NCBI GenBank assembly: GCA_048938855.1
Contig: JBHLLT010000019.1
Coordinates: forward strand, 2,636 to 25,887
DNA from: Promethearchaeota archaeon
GTDB lineage: Archaea > Asgardarchaeota > Lokiarchaeia > Sigyniarchaeales > SOKP01
Length of the DNA: 23,252 bases
Reading direction: 5' to 3'
Positions 1 through 8,130 of this stretch are shown here, in pieces (within the stretch, counting starts at the first letter, position 1; every line of letters begins with the position of its first letter). Position numbers and translations under genes: made by a program. Below the pieces are notes generated by a model. The model was not told where the DNA came from. It saw nothing but the letters and a program-made list of their open reading frames with translations, and ran no database searches.

Positions 1-347
1 CCAAATCTAAACCAAAACTCAACTATAACTCCTAAATTAAAGAATCTCATATTTATAACAAATAACCATAATGCTCCATTTACAATAGCAACTAAAATCT
101 GTAACCAATCAGTTGTTTTTGCTTGGGTTTTTTCATACCACCAAGTGATATATATTGCGAGTGCTATTAAAATTAATATAGCTATTTGAGCAGATAATAA
201 ATTGACTGCAGCTATACCATCAATAAGAACGGCTACAGCACTGAATAGAGCTATAACATATACTGGGACTGTTTCTTTAAGCCTTTCAATAATTTTAGGT
301 ACTGATTCAAGAGTAGGTGATAACTGAGATTTCCTTACATTTGTCAT
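1..347 (-). CDS. Hypothetical multi-pass membrane protein, 3' end truncated by the window edge (not in ORF track)
   Basis: Manual translation from ATG at 347: MTNVRKSQLSPTLESVPKIIERLKETVPVYVIALFSAVAVLIDGIAAVNLLSAQIAILILIALAIYITWWYEKTQAKTTDWLQILVAIVNGALWLFVINMRFFNLGVIVEFWFRF..., open to position 1; at least 3 hydrophobic segments. Confidence 0.75.
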   Translation of the reverse strand, partial: MTNVRKSQLSPTLESVPKIIERLKETVPVYVIALFSAVAVLIDGIAAVNLLSAQIAILILIALAIYITWWYEKTQAKTTDWLQILVAIVNGALWLFVINMRFFNLGVIVEFWFRF

Positions 348-507
348 ACTTTATAACACCAACTTTAATTATTCTTTTATACTAATTTTTCATTAGGGAT
401 AATATTTTTGATTTTTATGATTCGATATAAAAAAAGATAAATAAAAATCAATCTAATCGAAGTAGTTTAAATAAAATTTTTTTTTTTTATTATTCATTCT
501 CAGAATA

Positions 508-1059
508 TTAATCGAGATTTAGTGAAAATTTTAGGGAATTTATCAATAATTCGAGATAATAAAATAGTTGGCTTACTCGTTTAAAGCTTTCGGGACTTTT
601 CTTAAATAATCCTTCTTTAATACGATATCCTAGGTAATAGAACGCCGTTAATGCAGTTGCAGATAATAATATTAATGAAACACTAAGTGTTGCTAAAATA
701 TTGAAAGTTAAAAAATAAATAATGAGTGCAACTGTAACAGCTAAGATAAAACTCAGTCCAATCACGAGCAAAAATTGTACTATAAACACGCGAAAGGGAA
801 TTCTCCATGCATTCCGTATATTTTCAATATCACTATTTATCTGTTCCATTTGAATTTCTCCTAAACCAGGTATTTTGATGAAATTTAGGTGTCCAGAATC
901 CGAAAATGTAGCAATATTATTCACAATATAATCAAGATCAGATCTGGCATTTTTTTGTAAATATTTTTGAACTTTATGATCCGTATAACCTCTATTTTTT
1001 CCAATTAACTTTCCTAAAAAATCCGAAAACCTTGCTAAAATAGCTATATCTATTTCCAT
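508..1059 (-). CDS. Hypothetical membrane protein with two adjacent TM helices
   Basis: 183-aa ORF; hydrophobic hairpin at aa ~88-143 flanked by soluble segments; in-frame TGA just upstream fixes the ATG start. Confidence 0.7.
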   Translation of the reverse strand: MEIDIAILARFSDFLGKLIGKNRGYTDHKVQKYLQKNARSDLDYIVNNIATFSDSGHLNFIKIPGLGEIQMEQINSDIENIRNAWRIPFRVFIVQFLLVIGLSFILAVTVALIIYFLTFNILATLSVSLILLSATALTAFYYLGYRIKEGLFKKSPESFKRVSQLFYYLELLINSLKFSLNLD

Positions 1060-1206
1060 AAGTTTTCAACAATGCAAAATTTGAGTAAAAATGACTAAGC
1101 TTAAGAAGATCAATCATAAATAAAAATATTAGTATTATTTTATTCGTCAGAATAAGCATTTTAACTCAGATCCTTTTCATACTATAGGATTTTTTATAAT
1201 ACTGCA

Positions 1207-1478
1207 TTAATTGTAAAAATTCATAAATGCTTCATTCACAATCCTTTTTCTATTCGCCAGTACATTGCTTTCTAATTCTCTGGAATACGGGATGGTAATT
1301 TCGGTACATAGGTGCCCAAATTTGAATGAGATATCGTTTTCTATAAGTATAGCACAGATTACGCCTGACATTCCAAACTTTTTATAGTCTTCATCAACTA
1401 TTAAGAGCGCTCCAGTTTTTTCTACAGAATTTTTCAATCTTTCTACATTTAACGGACCACACACCTTAAGTCTACATT
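1207..1478 (-). pseudogene. Frameshifted C-terminal remnant of a 2-oxoacid (pyruvate/acetoin/branched-chain) dehydrogenase E1 beta subunit (transketolase C-terminal domain)
   Basis: PLNVERLKNSVEKTGALLIVDEDYKKFGMSG...IPYSRELESNVL matches the E1-beta C-terminal pattern. The preceding DLR motif (VDLRCVV, 1475-1455) is in another frame and is joined by restoring 1 nt near 1454. The N-terminal domain is absent. Confidence 0.8.
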
Positions 1479-1623
1479 TATTTAAAGCATAGATTTTGTT
1501 TAATCAAAAAAAAAAAAAGAAGTAGTAAATAAGTACATTATTCTATTCTTGAAGCCTTTTTTAATATACTTTTTACTAGCTTTATTTAATTAATTATGTG
1601 ATTATATTAAATCTACTGAATAT

Positions 1624-2220
1624 TTATGCTACAAAATTTAAAGGATACTCAAAGCTATATACAGCTCCAGGAGGTGAAATATAGCCCCAATAATCCACGA
1701 AAATTCTCCAATGATTCAAACCATCATTTTGATAAGGTCTTCTTACCCAGAATTCCCATCTTAAAAGATACTCTCCTCCTGCTGTAAAATAACCAGGTCC
1801 AAAGATGTGATACCAATATACGACTTTTGCCAAAATTTCTCTATCAGGAAGTTGCCAAAATTTAGGAATAGGAACAGCATATTCTTGTAAAGGAATTTCC
1901 ACATTGTTAATATAGAGTTTAACTTCGTATGGCCATTTAGGGATCAAATCATTTTCCATTTCTTCCCAAAACGTTCCCCAACCTACCCAAAATGCTATAT
2001 TCCAAGAAGAATTAAATGGCCAATATGCATACTGATATTCATACGGAGGATTCTCCCAATCCCAATCTCCCGCAAAAAATGGCATTGCTAAATTTACCCA
2101 GTAATCAAATTCCGGTACGAAACCTGGAGGACCTGCACTAACTGCAGGAATTATACCGAGTGCTAAGATACCTACTGTCGCAATCAATATACTTTTTTTT
2201 ACAATTTTTTGTCTATTCAT
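1624..2220 (-). CDS. Secreted hypothetical protein, Trp/Tyr/Phe/Pro-rich, single beta-rich domain
   Basis: Signal peptide (MNRQKIVKK, hydrophobic core, PAVSA-G); SD-like GAGGT upstream (2234-2230); TATA box TTTATATA at 2337-2330. Confidence 0.85.
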   Translation of the reverse strand: MNRQKIVKKSILIATVGILALGIIPAVSAGPPGFVPEFDYWVNLAMPFFAGDWDWENPPYEYQYAYWPFNSSWNIAFWVGWGTFWEEMENDLIPKWPYEVKLYINNVEIPLQEYAVPIPKFWQLPDREILAKVVYWYHIFGPGYFTAGGEYLLRWEFWVRRPYQNDGLNHWRIFVDYWGYISPPGAVYSFEYPLNFVA

Positions 2221-2260
2221 TTAATTTCGACCTCTTTTTTGCATTTAATTATTTAAATGC

Positions 2261-2308
2261 TGATCATAATTGATCATCTAATTGGATTTTTTGATCAAGA
2301 TTGATCAA
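2261..2308. promoter_or_regulatory. Two pairs of TGATCA palindromes (10-bp period); candidate operator of the 1624..2220 gene
   Basis: TGATCA at 2261, 2271, 2292 and 2302, between the minus-strand TATA box (2337-2330) and the start codon (2220). Confidence 0.5.
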
Positions 2309-2591
2309 TTATAAAGTAGGACATATACTTATATAAACTTATTGCAGTCTGTTGGATTGTCAAAAAAAAATTATATAAAGATTATGTTCATTATCTTATT
2401 GGATAATATAATTCAATTTGAACAGCTCAAACCGCTTTTGATGTCAGAAAAAACCTATAAGAAATTAATATTCACATACAAAGTTTATATTTAATTTTCC
2501 AAATAATATTTTTAAAAAAGAACTTAGGTGGAATCAAACGCCAAAATTAAATTATCCACCAAATTTACGATTAATTTTATATGTAATTATT

Positions 2592-2753
2592 ATGGGGGTA
2601 ATTACATTAATTGTATTAATAATATTTGTATCAATGAGTACCTATTCGCTAGTAAATGCATTCTTTTATTTTCTAATAGTATTATTAATAATTTGTCTAC
2701 CAATACTCACTCTATTTTTAATATACTTAGAGAGGGCTGGTAAAAAAAGTTAA
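2592..2753 (+). CDS. Small two-TM membrane protein (53 aa; reading frame is open further upstream)
   Basis: MGVITLIVLIIFVSMSTYSLVNAFFYFLIVLLIICLPILTLFLIYLERAGKKS*; two hydrophobic helices and a basic tail; different frame from the tracked 2528..2743 ORF; TATA-like TTTATAT at 2484-2490. Confidence 0.5.
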   Translation: MGVITLIVLIIFVSMSTYSLVNAFFYFLIVLLIICLPILTLFLIYLERAGKKS

Positions 2754-2836
2754 ACTCTAGGAGTAATAAGTTCTAATGAATCATATATTAGGACAATCTA
2801 AGGCCCAATTGATATTTTTATAAATACCCCTAAAAT

Positions 2837-3490
2837 TCACTCTTTTAATATTTCTAAAGGAATTATTTGATTCAATATATTTTTGAGCTCTAAATAATCG
2901 TCGAATTTAAATTTTACATTAAAGCTAGGAGATTGAGTTAAGCCAAAAATAGGTTTAAAGTGGAATGCAAGATTATAATTTGACCTGATTCTGCTAACAG
3001 TGGCTTTTTTAATATTTTTGAAATCAATACATATTAGATCTTTTAAAGTAGAAATATATTCAACTGGAAGGTTTTTCTCGCTAAAATAGATAAGAGATCT
3101 ATAGTCCTTTTGAATCCACCGTTCATTTGTGAGTAAGTGAATTTGCTGATATGATCTTAAATCTGACAGTTTTAACTCCAATCTCCGAAGTCCTCGTCTA
3201 AACAATTTAATTGCATACGCAATAGCAAAGATAGCTCCAGCAATAAATATGGATAAAATTATGATATAAATAATGAGTGGATGTACTATTATATCTGTCC
3301 AAAAAAGATAAAAAGTTCCTCCCCAGCTTGGAACATACCAAAAAAATAATCCCAAAAGGGTCATAAATACACTTATCAGAGAAATTGCTATAATAAAAGA
3401 ATCTATAAATTTCTTTCGGTAGTTTATCACTCTACATTTTTCCCATTTTATTATTTCATTATCTTTAATATTACTTTTTATAACCTCCAT
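2837..3490 (-). CDS. Membrane protein with two TM helices and a C-terminal cytoplasmic domain resembling bacterial PH-like domains
   Basis: IIKWEK N-terminus, TM at aa ~30-53 and ~68-94, then a LLTNERWI motif like the TNxR motif of bPH domains (inference). Confidence 0.75.
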   Translation of the reverse strand: MEVIKSNIKDNEIIKWEKCRVINYRKKFIDSFIIAISLISVFMTLLGLFFWYVPSWGGTFYLFWTDIIVHPLIIYIIILSIFIAGAIFAIAYAIKLFRRGLRRLELKLSDLRSYQQIHLLTNERWIQKDYRSLIYFSEKNLPVEYISTLKDLICIDFKNIKKATVSRIRSNYNLAFHFKPIFGLTQSPSFNVKFKFDDYLELKNILNQIIPLEILKE

Positions 3491-3654
3491 TCACGATCAC
3501 AAGCTAAACATCATTTTTGATTTGAAATTAATTCAGATTAAAGAATAGATCTCAATACAATACTAATAAGGGAATTATATTATTTTCATATAAATATGAA
3601 TATTTATATTTTAATTATCTACTTGCTTTATCAGGAATTATTACAATGTAACGA

Positions 3655-4479
3655 TTAAATCAATTTTGCTATTTTTTCGCAAGTACGTGCGCAGTCGAGA
3701 AAAATCAATCCGAGTCTTACATCTTTCCCGGTTGAGACAGATAGTACTCCATTAGGACCTGCAGGCATAACGAGGAGGTATCCATCATTTCCGCGAATAT
3801 ATAACTGTTCGAATTCCCCACGTTTTATCAAGGTTATAGCACTTTCGGCTAATGAGAGAAGCGCTGCAATCATTACGGCAACTGTGTTTTCCTCAACATC
3901 TTTAGGCATTACTGAAGCTAAGATCTCCCCTTCAGTGGAAACGAGGGTTGCCGCATTTAATTCTGGAATTGAATCTATTAAATTTTCTAAGAGGTTGTCA
4001 AGGTTATCTAAAACTTGGGATTCAAATGACTCTCTAGTTAAGAAATCTGGAAGATTTACTTTTTTTTTAGGAGGATGTTCGATATTTTGTAGCATTTCAA
4101 GTTCTTCTTCTAAATCATCATAACTTTCATTTGTTTTAGAAGCAAGAGTATTAAGTTTCGCCTCGAGCGCAGCAATCTTCTTCTTGACTTCTTTTTTAAA
4201 GCTTGGTTCAGACTCAAGATAATCCTTTAATACTTCTACCAACATATTAGTGTCAATTTGAGGTTTTTCCGAGTCTACAGGTGATTTATAGGTGTAGATA
4301 TATTGCCTTCCTCTTTTTCCGAGAGTTTTAATCTTTTCTTTTTTCTTTAGACGTTGAAGATAAGTACGAGTATCTTGTTTACTTAAACTAAGCTGTTGTG
4401 CTATTTCATCACTTGTTAATGATTCAGTTTTAAGTAGATTTAATATACGGTCTTTATTGCTCAGTTCAAATTGAGCGAT
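3655..4479 (-). CDS. Winged-helix DNA-binding domain + coiled-coil linker + Roadblock/LC7 domain fusion (274 aa, probable ATC start)
   Basis: The tracked ORF (to 4245) extends 78 in-frame codons: IAQFELSNKDRILNLLKTESLTSDEIAQQLSLSKQDTRTYLQRLKKKEKIKTLGKRGRQYIYTYK, a typical wHTH. SD GGTGAGG precedes ATC at 4479 and an in-frame TGA lies at 4488-4486. C-terminus AATLVSTEGEILAS...EQLYIRGNDGYLLV...RLGLIFLD is Roadblock/LC7. Confidence 0.85.
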   Translation of the reverse strand: MAQFELSNKDRILNLLKTESLTSDEIAQQLSLSKQDTRTYLQRLKKKEKIKTLGKRGRQYIYTYKSPVDSEKPQIDTNMLVEVLKDYLESEPSFKKEVKKKIAALEAKLNTLASKTNESYDDLEEELEMLQNIEHPPKKKVNLPDFLTRESFESQVLDNLDNLLENLIDSIPELNAATLVSTEGEILASVMPKDVEENTVAVMIAALLSLAESAITLIKRGEFEQLYIRGNDGYLLVMPAGPNGVLSVSTGKDVRLGLIFLDCARTCEKIAKLI

Positions 4480-4559
4480 TGTTCCTCACCCTTTTATATA
4501 ACACTCTTAACTTTATTGTTATGAAAAATAATTTTGAAATATGTTTTTTTTTATTTGAC

Positions 4560-4687
4560 CTGTATATTAATTGTATATTATCATATATAAATATGTGGGG
4601 ATAATCATATTAATGATACAAGAACCAAAAAATTTAAATATGCATGTATACAATTAATATACAGTTGTATATACTTTAATATACAGG
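4560..4687. promoter_or_regulatory. Divergent promoter pair with identical 18-bp operators
   Basis: Minus strand: TTTATATA (4591-4584), 6 nt, TATACAATTAATATACAG (4577-4560). Plus strand: TTTAAATA (4633-4640), 6 nt, TATACAATTAATATACAG (4647-4664). Third degenerate copy TATACTTTAATATACAGG at 4670-4687. Confidence 0.8.
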
Positions 4688-4710
4688 ACAATTATTAAAT
4701 CCAAAATTGA

Positions 4711-4887
4711 ATGATGAATAATCGGGAAAACAATTACATTCGAATACCAGAGGATATTGATTTTCTTTTAGAGTGTTGTCGAGAATTATTAAGAAAAGTT
4801 AAAGATTATAACCCAAATGATGATTTACCTGTTAGTTTTGAACAAATAAGAAGATTAAAAAGTATAGAACAAACATATAGGAAGTGA
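4711..4887 (+). CDS. Small helical hypothetical protein (58 aa; not in ORF track)
   Basis: MMNNRENNYIRIPEDIDFLLECCRELLRKVKDYNPNDDLPVSFEQIRRLKSIEQTYRK*; first ORF after the plus-strand promoter; two amphipathic helices; stop overlaps the SD of the next gene. Confidence 0.65.
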   Translation: MMNNRENNYIRIPEDIDFLLECCRELLRKVKDYNPNDDLPVSFEQIRRLKSIEQTYRK

Positions 4888-4893
4888 GTAATT

Positions 4894-5280
4894 ATCAGAG
4901 AAGAAAATATTTTTTTAACTGAATTAGAAGCAGTTTTAAAAAAATTATTAGAAAGTAATCGAGAGATAACACTTGCGATAATCACTTCTATAGAAGGTCT
5001 ACCAATTCTTTCGATATTGCCCCGAGAATATAATGAAACAACATTATCTGCAATGGTTGCTACTCTACTCTCTTTAGCTGAAAGGACTGTTGTAGATATG
5101 GAAATTGGGATATTTAATCAAATATATATTAAGGGAAATGATGGTTATTTATTAATTTTTGATGCGGAATTAGCTGCTTTAGCTGTATCGACTACAGAAA
5201 AAGCGAAATTAGGGTTAATATTCCTTGAGTGTGAACGTGCTTCACATGAAATATCAAAGATTATGAAAGGAGTGAAATAA
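4894..5280 (+). CDS. Roadblock/LC7 domain protein (128 aa, probable ATC start)
   Basis: The tracked ORF (5017) extends upstream in frame as IREENIFLTELEAVLKKLLESNREITLAIITSIEGLPILSILP. It is collinear and equal in length to paralog 21193..21579, whose ATG aligns with ATC 4894. SD-like GGAAGTGA at 4880-4887. Confidence 0.88.
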   Translation: MREENIFLTELEAVLKKLLESNREITLAIITSIEGLPILSILPREYNETTLSAMVATLLSLAERTVVDMEIGIFNQIYIKGNDGYLLIFDAELAALAVSTTEKAKLGLIFLECERASHEISKIMKGVK

Positions 5281-5321
5281 TTATAAAATTCATTTTTTAA
5301 TAATATCAAGAATATAACAGA

Positions 5322-7112
5322 TTATTTCTTTACAAATTCTCTTCTCTTTTGAAAGTAATAAACTATGCTTGGTATTGCAATAAATATTGTCAACAAGATA
5401 AGAGAAGAAACTCCAATAGTAGTTGGAGATGATGGTTCATTATGAATCATTTTAATTATCAATGTAGATTGCGTACAGATGATTTCGTTATTATGATTTT
5501 GGAAAATAGCTGAGTTATCAATACCTCTATTGTTAACTGCAAATATTGTTCTTCGATTTTCTTCTAATAACCAGATATGCAGATCATCATTCCTTCCAAT
5601 GAGGATACCCTGTTCAACAGAGCAATATCCTAAAGATGGTTCAATGACGGCATTTGGACCATAGATATCGGTGAAATTAGCAAATTCTGTGGTAATTAAT
5701 TGTTTTTGCATTGACCCATCAGGTATTTTATAGAGGGAGTTATTATATGCTTCATAAATGAAGATATTACCAAATTCATCGACAACTCCATTTGTTTTAG
5801 TTGTGTGTGGCATTGTTAATACTTTAGAATAATTCATTGGATCGCCTAAAGGAATTCTATAAACATTTGATTCGTTTTGTAAAGCGTCTTCAGTTATCAG
5901 AACAATGTTGTGATTTTTCTCGTCATAAACCATTGTTTTAGTTACTTCAACAATTTCATTTTTAAACCAGCTAGTCATTGTCCCTGCGTGACTAACCTGA
6001 TAGATTGAAACAGAGTCGTTTAATAAGGTCGCAAATATATGGTTGTCAACATCTACAATGAGTTTATTAACAGATGTATTAATTGGAGCTTGACAAAAAA
6101 CTGTAGGTCCAGATTGATTAATCTGATAAATAGTATCATCGATCACATAAAGTATTTTTCCATCTCTCGTTTCGATTAATGTGTGAGAATTAACGACGGG
6201 TGTTAGTATTTCAGCTACTGATTTCACAGGGTCATAATTCACAAGGCACCCACCAAAACTAACTGCAGCTATGAATGTTTTTAATTTTGGAAACCAGGTT
6301 AGTTGTCCCATTCCTAATTTTGACGCCATTATAAATTCATATGAATTATTGGTGTACTTGTAGAATCCTCTCTCGTTTCCATCCGCAGTCATACTATAAA
6401 GAGTATCATTGTCATCGACCCCAATGCCGATTACTTCTTGTGTATCTGGTAACCCAATTCCAGTTCTCATTACTTTTGTTGTGAATGATGTTAAATTCAA
6501 TTGTGTAATAGTTCCAATGTAAGTCTGAGTATAATAGAGAAGGGTTTGATTATTATTCAAAATTATCTGACTGCATCCCTGAACATTCGATACTACAGTA
6601 GAGAGATTATTACCATCTGCATCATAGTAAAAAATGTCTGTGTTTTCAAATAGAGAGCCGCAATAAAAAGAATCATCGATTGGATTAATAGCCAATTCAC
6701 TTATCGGTCCAAAATACGTATAATTTTTCAATAAGGTAATTTGACTGGGAGTTATCGTATAAAAACCAGACATAGTTACTCCTAATAGTCGATTGTGATT
6801 TGGTTGATATTCTATATCAGTAAAACTAAGGTTTCCTGTTGATATTACTTCTGAATGTATACCATTTTCATCCATTTTCATCAAAATATGATTTAAATTA
6901 TCGATATAATATAGATCTCCATTTTCCCCAATACAATTTGTACCTGGAGGGTGTGGAATTTCATAGATTGGATATGCATCCCATCCAGATCTAAGATCTT
7001 TTAACGGTAAACTTTCTTGAGCTCTAGCAAATATGATTTGAAAAAATGGGTTGATAAAAAGTGCTATTATTATTAGAACAAAATATAATCTCGAGTTTTT
7101 AAACAATACCAT
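5322..7112 (-). CDS. Membrane-anchored extracellular beta-propeller protein (NHL/SMP-30-like repeats)
   Basis: Signal peptide; repeated blade motifs (GENGDLYYID, ELAINPIDDSFY, IGVDDNDTLY, LIVDVDNHIF, VVDEFGNIFI); C-terminal TM helix followed by QKRREFVKK. Confidence 0.8.
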   Translation of the reverse strand: MVLFKNSRLYFVLIIIALFINPFFQIIFARAQESLPLKDLRSGWDAYPIYEIPHPPGTNCIGENGDLYYIDNLNHILMKMDENGIHSEVISTGNLSFTDIEYQPNHNRLLGVTMSGFYTITPSQITLLKNYTYFGPISELAINPIDDSFYCGSLFENTDIFYYDADGNNLSTVVSNVQGCSQIILNNNQTLLYYTQTYIGTITQLNLTSFTTKVMRTGIGLPDTQEVIGIGVDDNDTLYSMTADGNERGFYKYTNNSYEFIMASKLGMGQLTWFPKLKTFIAAVSFGGCLVNYDPVKSVAEILTPVVNSHTLIETRDGKILYVIDDTIYQINQSGPTVFCQAPINTSVNKLIVDVDNHIFATLLNDSVSIYQVSHAGTMTSWFKNEIVEVTKTMVYDEKNHNIVLITEDALQNESNVYRIPLGDPMNYSKVLTMPHTTKTNGVVDEFGNIFIYEAYNNSLYKIPDGSMQKQLITTEFANFTDIYGPNAVIEPSLGYCSVEQGILIGRNDDLHIWLLEENRRTIFAVNNRGIDNSAIFQNHNNEIICTQSTLIIKMIHNEPSSPTTIGVSSLILLTIFIAIPSIVYYFQKRREFVKK

Positions 7113-7496
7113 CGTTATTTATTGATGACTTTAAAATTATATAAATTTACTTTTTGTATCTAATATAGTTATTCAATCTTTGCTTGTATTTGTTACAATT
7201 TTGTAAAGTAATCTTAAAGTGTTTTAACTTATATTTTGACTGACTCGGTTATGTTATTGAATCAAAAAGTCATCGTTCGTGAATTTTTTATTTTAGGATT
7301 AATCAAATAACGTTTTATTATCTATAATAAATACCAAGATTCGATGTAAATTTTGAGAACCGATCAAATATGAAAATCCAAAATCAATAATTTTAAATAA
7401 AATTTTTTGTTATAATTTCCAGTGGTTCTCCAAGGTATCACCTAAGAGAAAACATATAGAAAGTCTAAAATTAAATTTGTTAATAAGGTTATTAAA

Positions 7497-7934
7497 ATGA
7501 AAGCTCTTATTGTTTATGATACAAAGTTTGGAAATACTAAGAAAGTGGCTGAACTAATTGCAGATGGAATTAAATCAGTAGAAGAAAATGAGGTTGAAAT
7601 TAATCATGTGAATGATTTTGATCTCAGTAAAGATGAGGTCTATGATCTAATAGTAATAGGATCTCCCAATCATGCGGGTACTTACACAGGTAAAGTAAAG
7701 AAATTCATAACTAAATTTTCAAAAACTCCTATAAAAGGGAAATCCTTTGCAGTTTTTGATACATATCAATCAAAGACAATTGTAAATAAGTTAGAAAAAC
7801 TTATACATGAAAAAATACCAGATATGAATATGGCTCTTTCAGGCTTATCGATAAAAGTGACCGGTTTGAAAGGACCAATACTTGAAGAGGATTTACCAAA
7901 ATGCATGGAGTTTGGTAAACAGTTAACAAAATAA
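7497..7934 (+). CDS. Flavodoxin
   Basis: MKALIVYDTKFGNTKKVAELIA FMN phosphate loop; YDLIVIGSPNHAG; FAVFDT; 145 aa. Confidence 0.92.
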   Translation: MKALIVYDTKFGNTKKVAELIADGIKSVEENEVEINHVNDFDLSKDEVYDLIVIGSPNHAGTYTGKVKKFITKFSKTPIKGKSFAVFDTYQSKTIVNKLEKLIHEKIPDMNMALSGLSIKVTGLKGPILEEDLPKCMEFGKQLTK

Positions 7935-7937
7935 TTA

Positions 7938-7950
7938 TTCTTTTTTTTTT
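7938..7950 (+). terminator. Oligo-T archaeal terminator after flavodoxin
   Basis: T10 run at 7941-7950, 6 nt after the stop codon. Confidence 0.55.
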
Positions 7951-8130
7951 AATTATTCAAAATGGAAATTATTTGTATTTATTCATGAAGTTATTTTCTC
8001 GTGTTATAGAGAGCTCTATTTAATTATTTTCAAAATTGCATAAATTTATGGAATTAGTTTTATTACTGATAAAAGCAAATAATAATCTATAAATGATAGT
8101 TAACATGCGTAAGTTTAGAAGAGTTATAAA

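Noticed and set aside
2528-2743. Tracked 71-aa ORF MESNAK...
   Set aside because: Asn/Ile/Cys-rich composition typical of an off-frame read; the overlapping frame ending at 2753 gives a more plausible two-TM protein.
3884-4123. Plus-strand 79-aa ORF
   Set aside because: Antisense shadow of the wHTH-Roadblock gene; Ser-rich, no motif.
4560-4664. 18-bp inverted repeat as MITE/IS ends or an invertible promoter
   Set aside because: No target-site duplication, transposase or recombinase nearby; the identical offset from both TATA boxes fits operators better.
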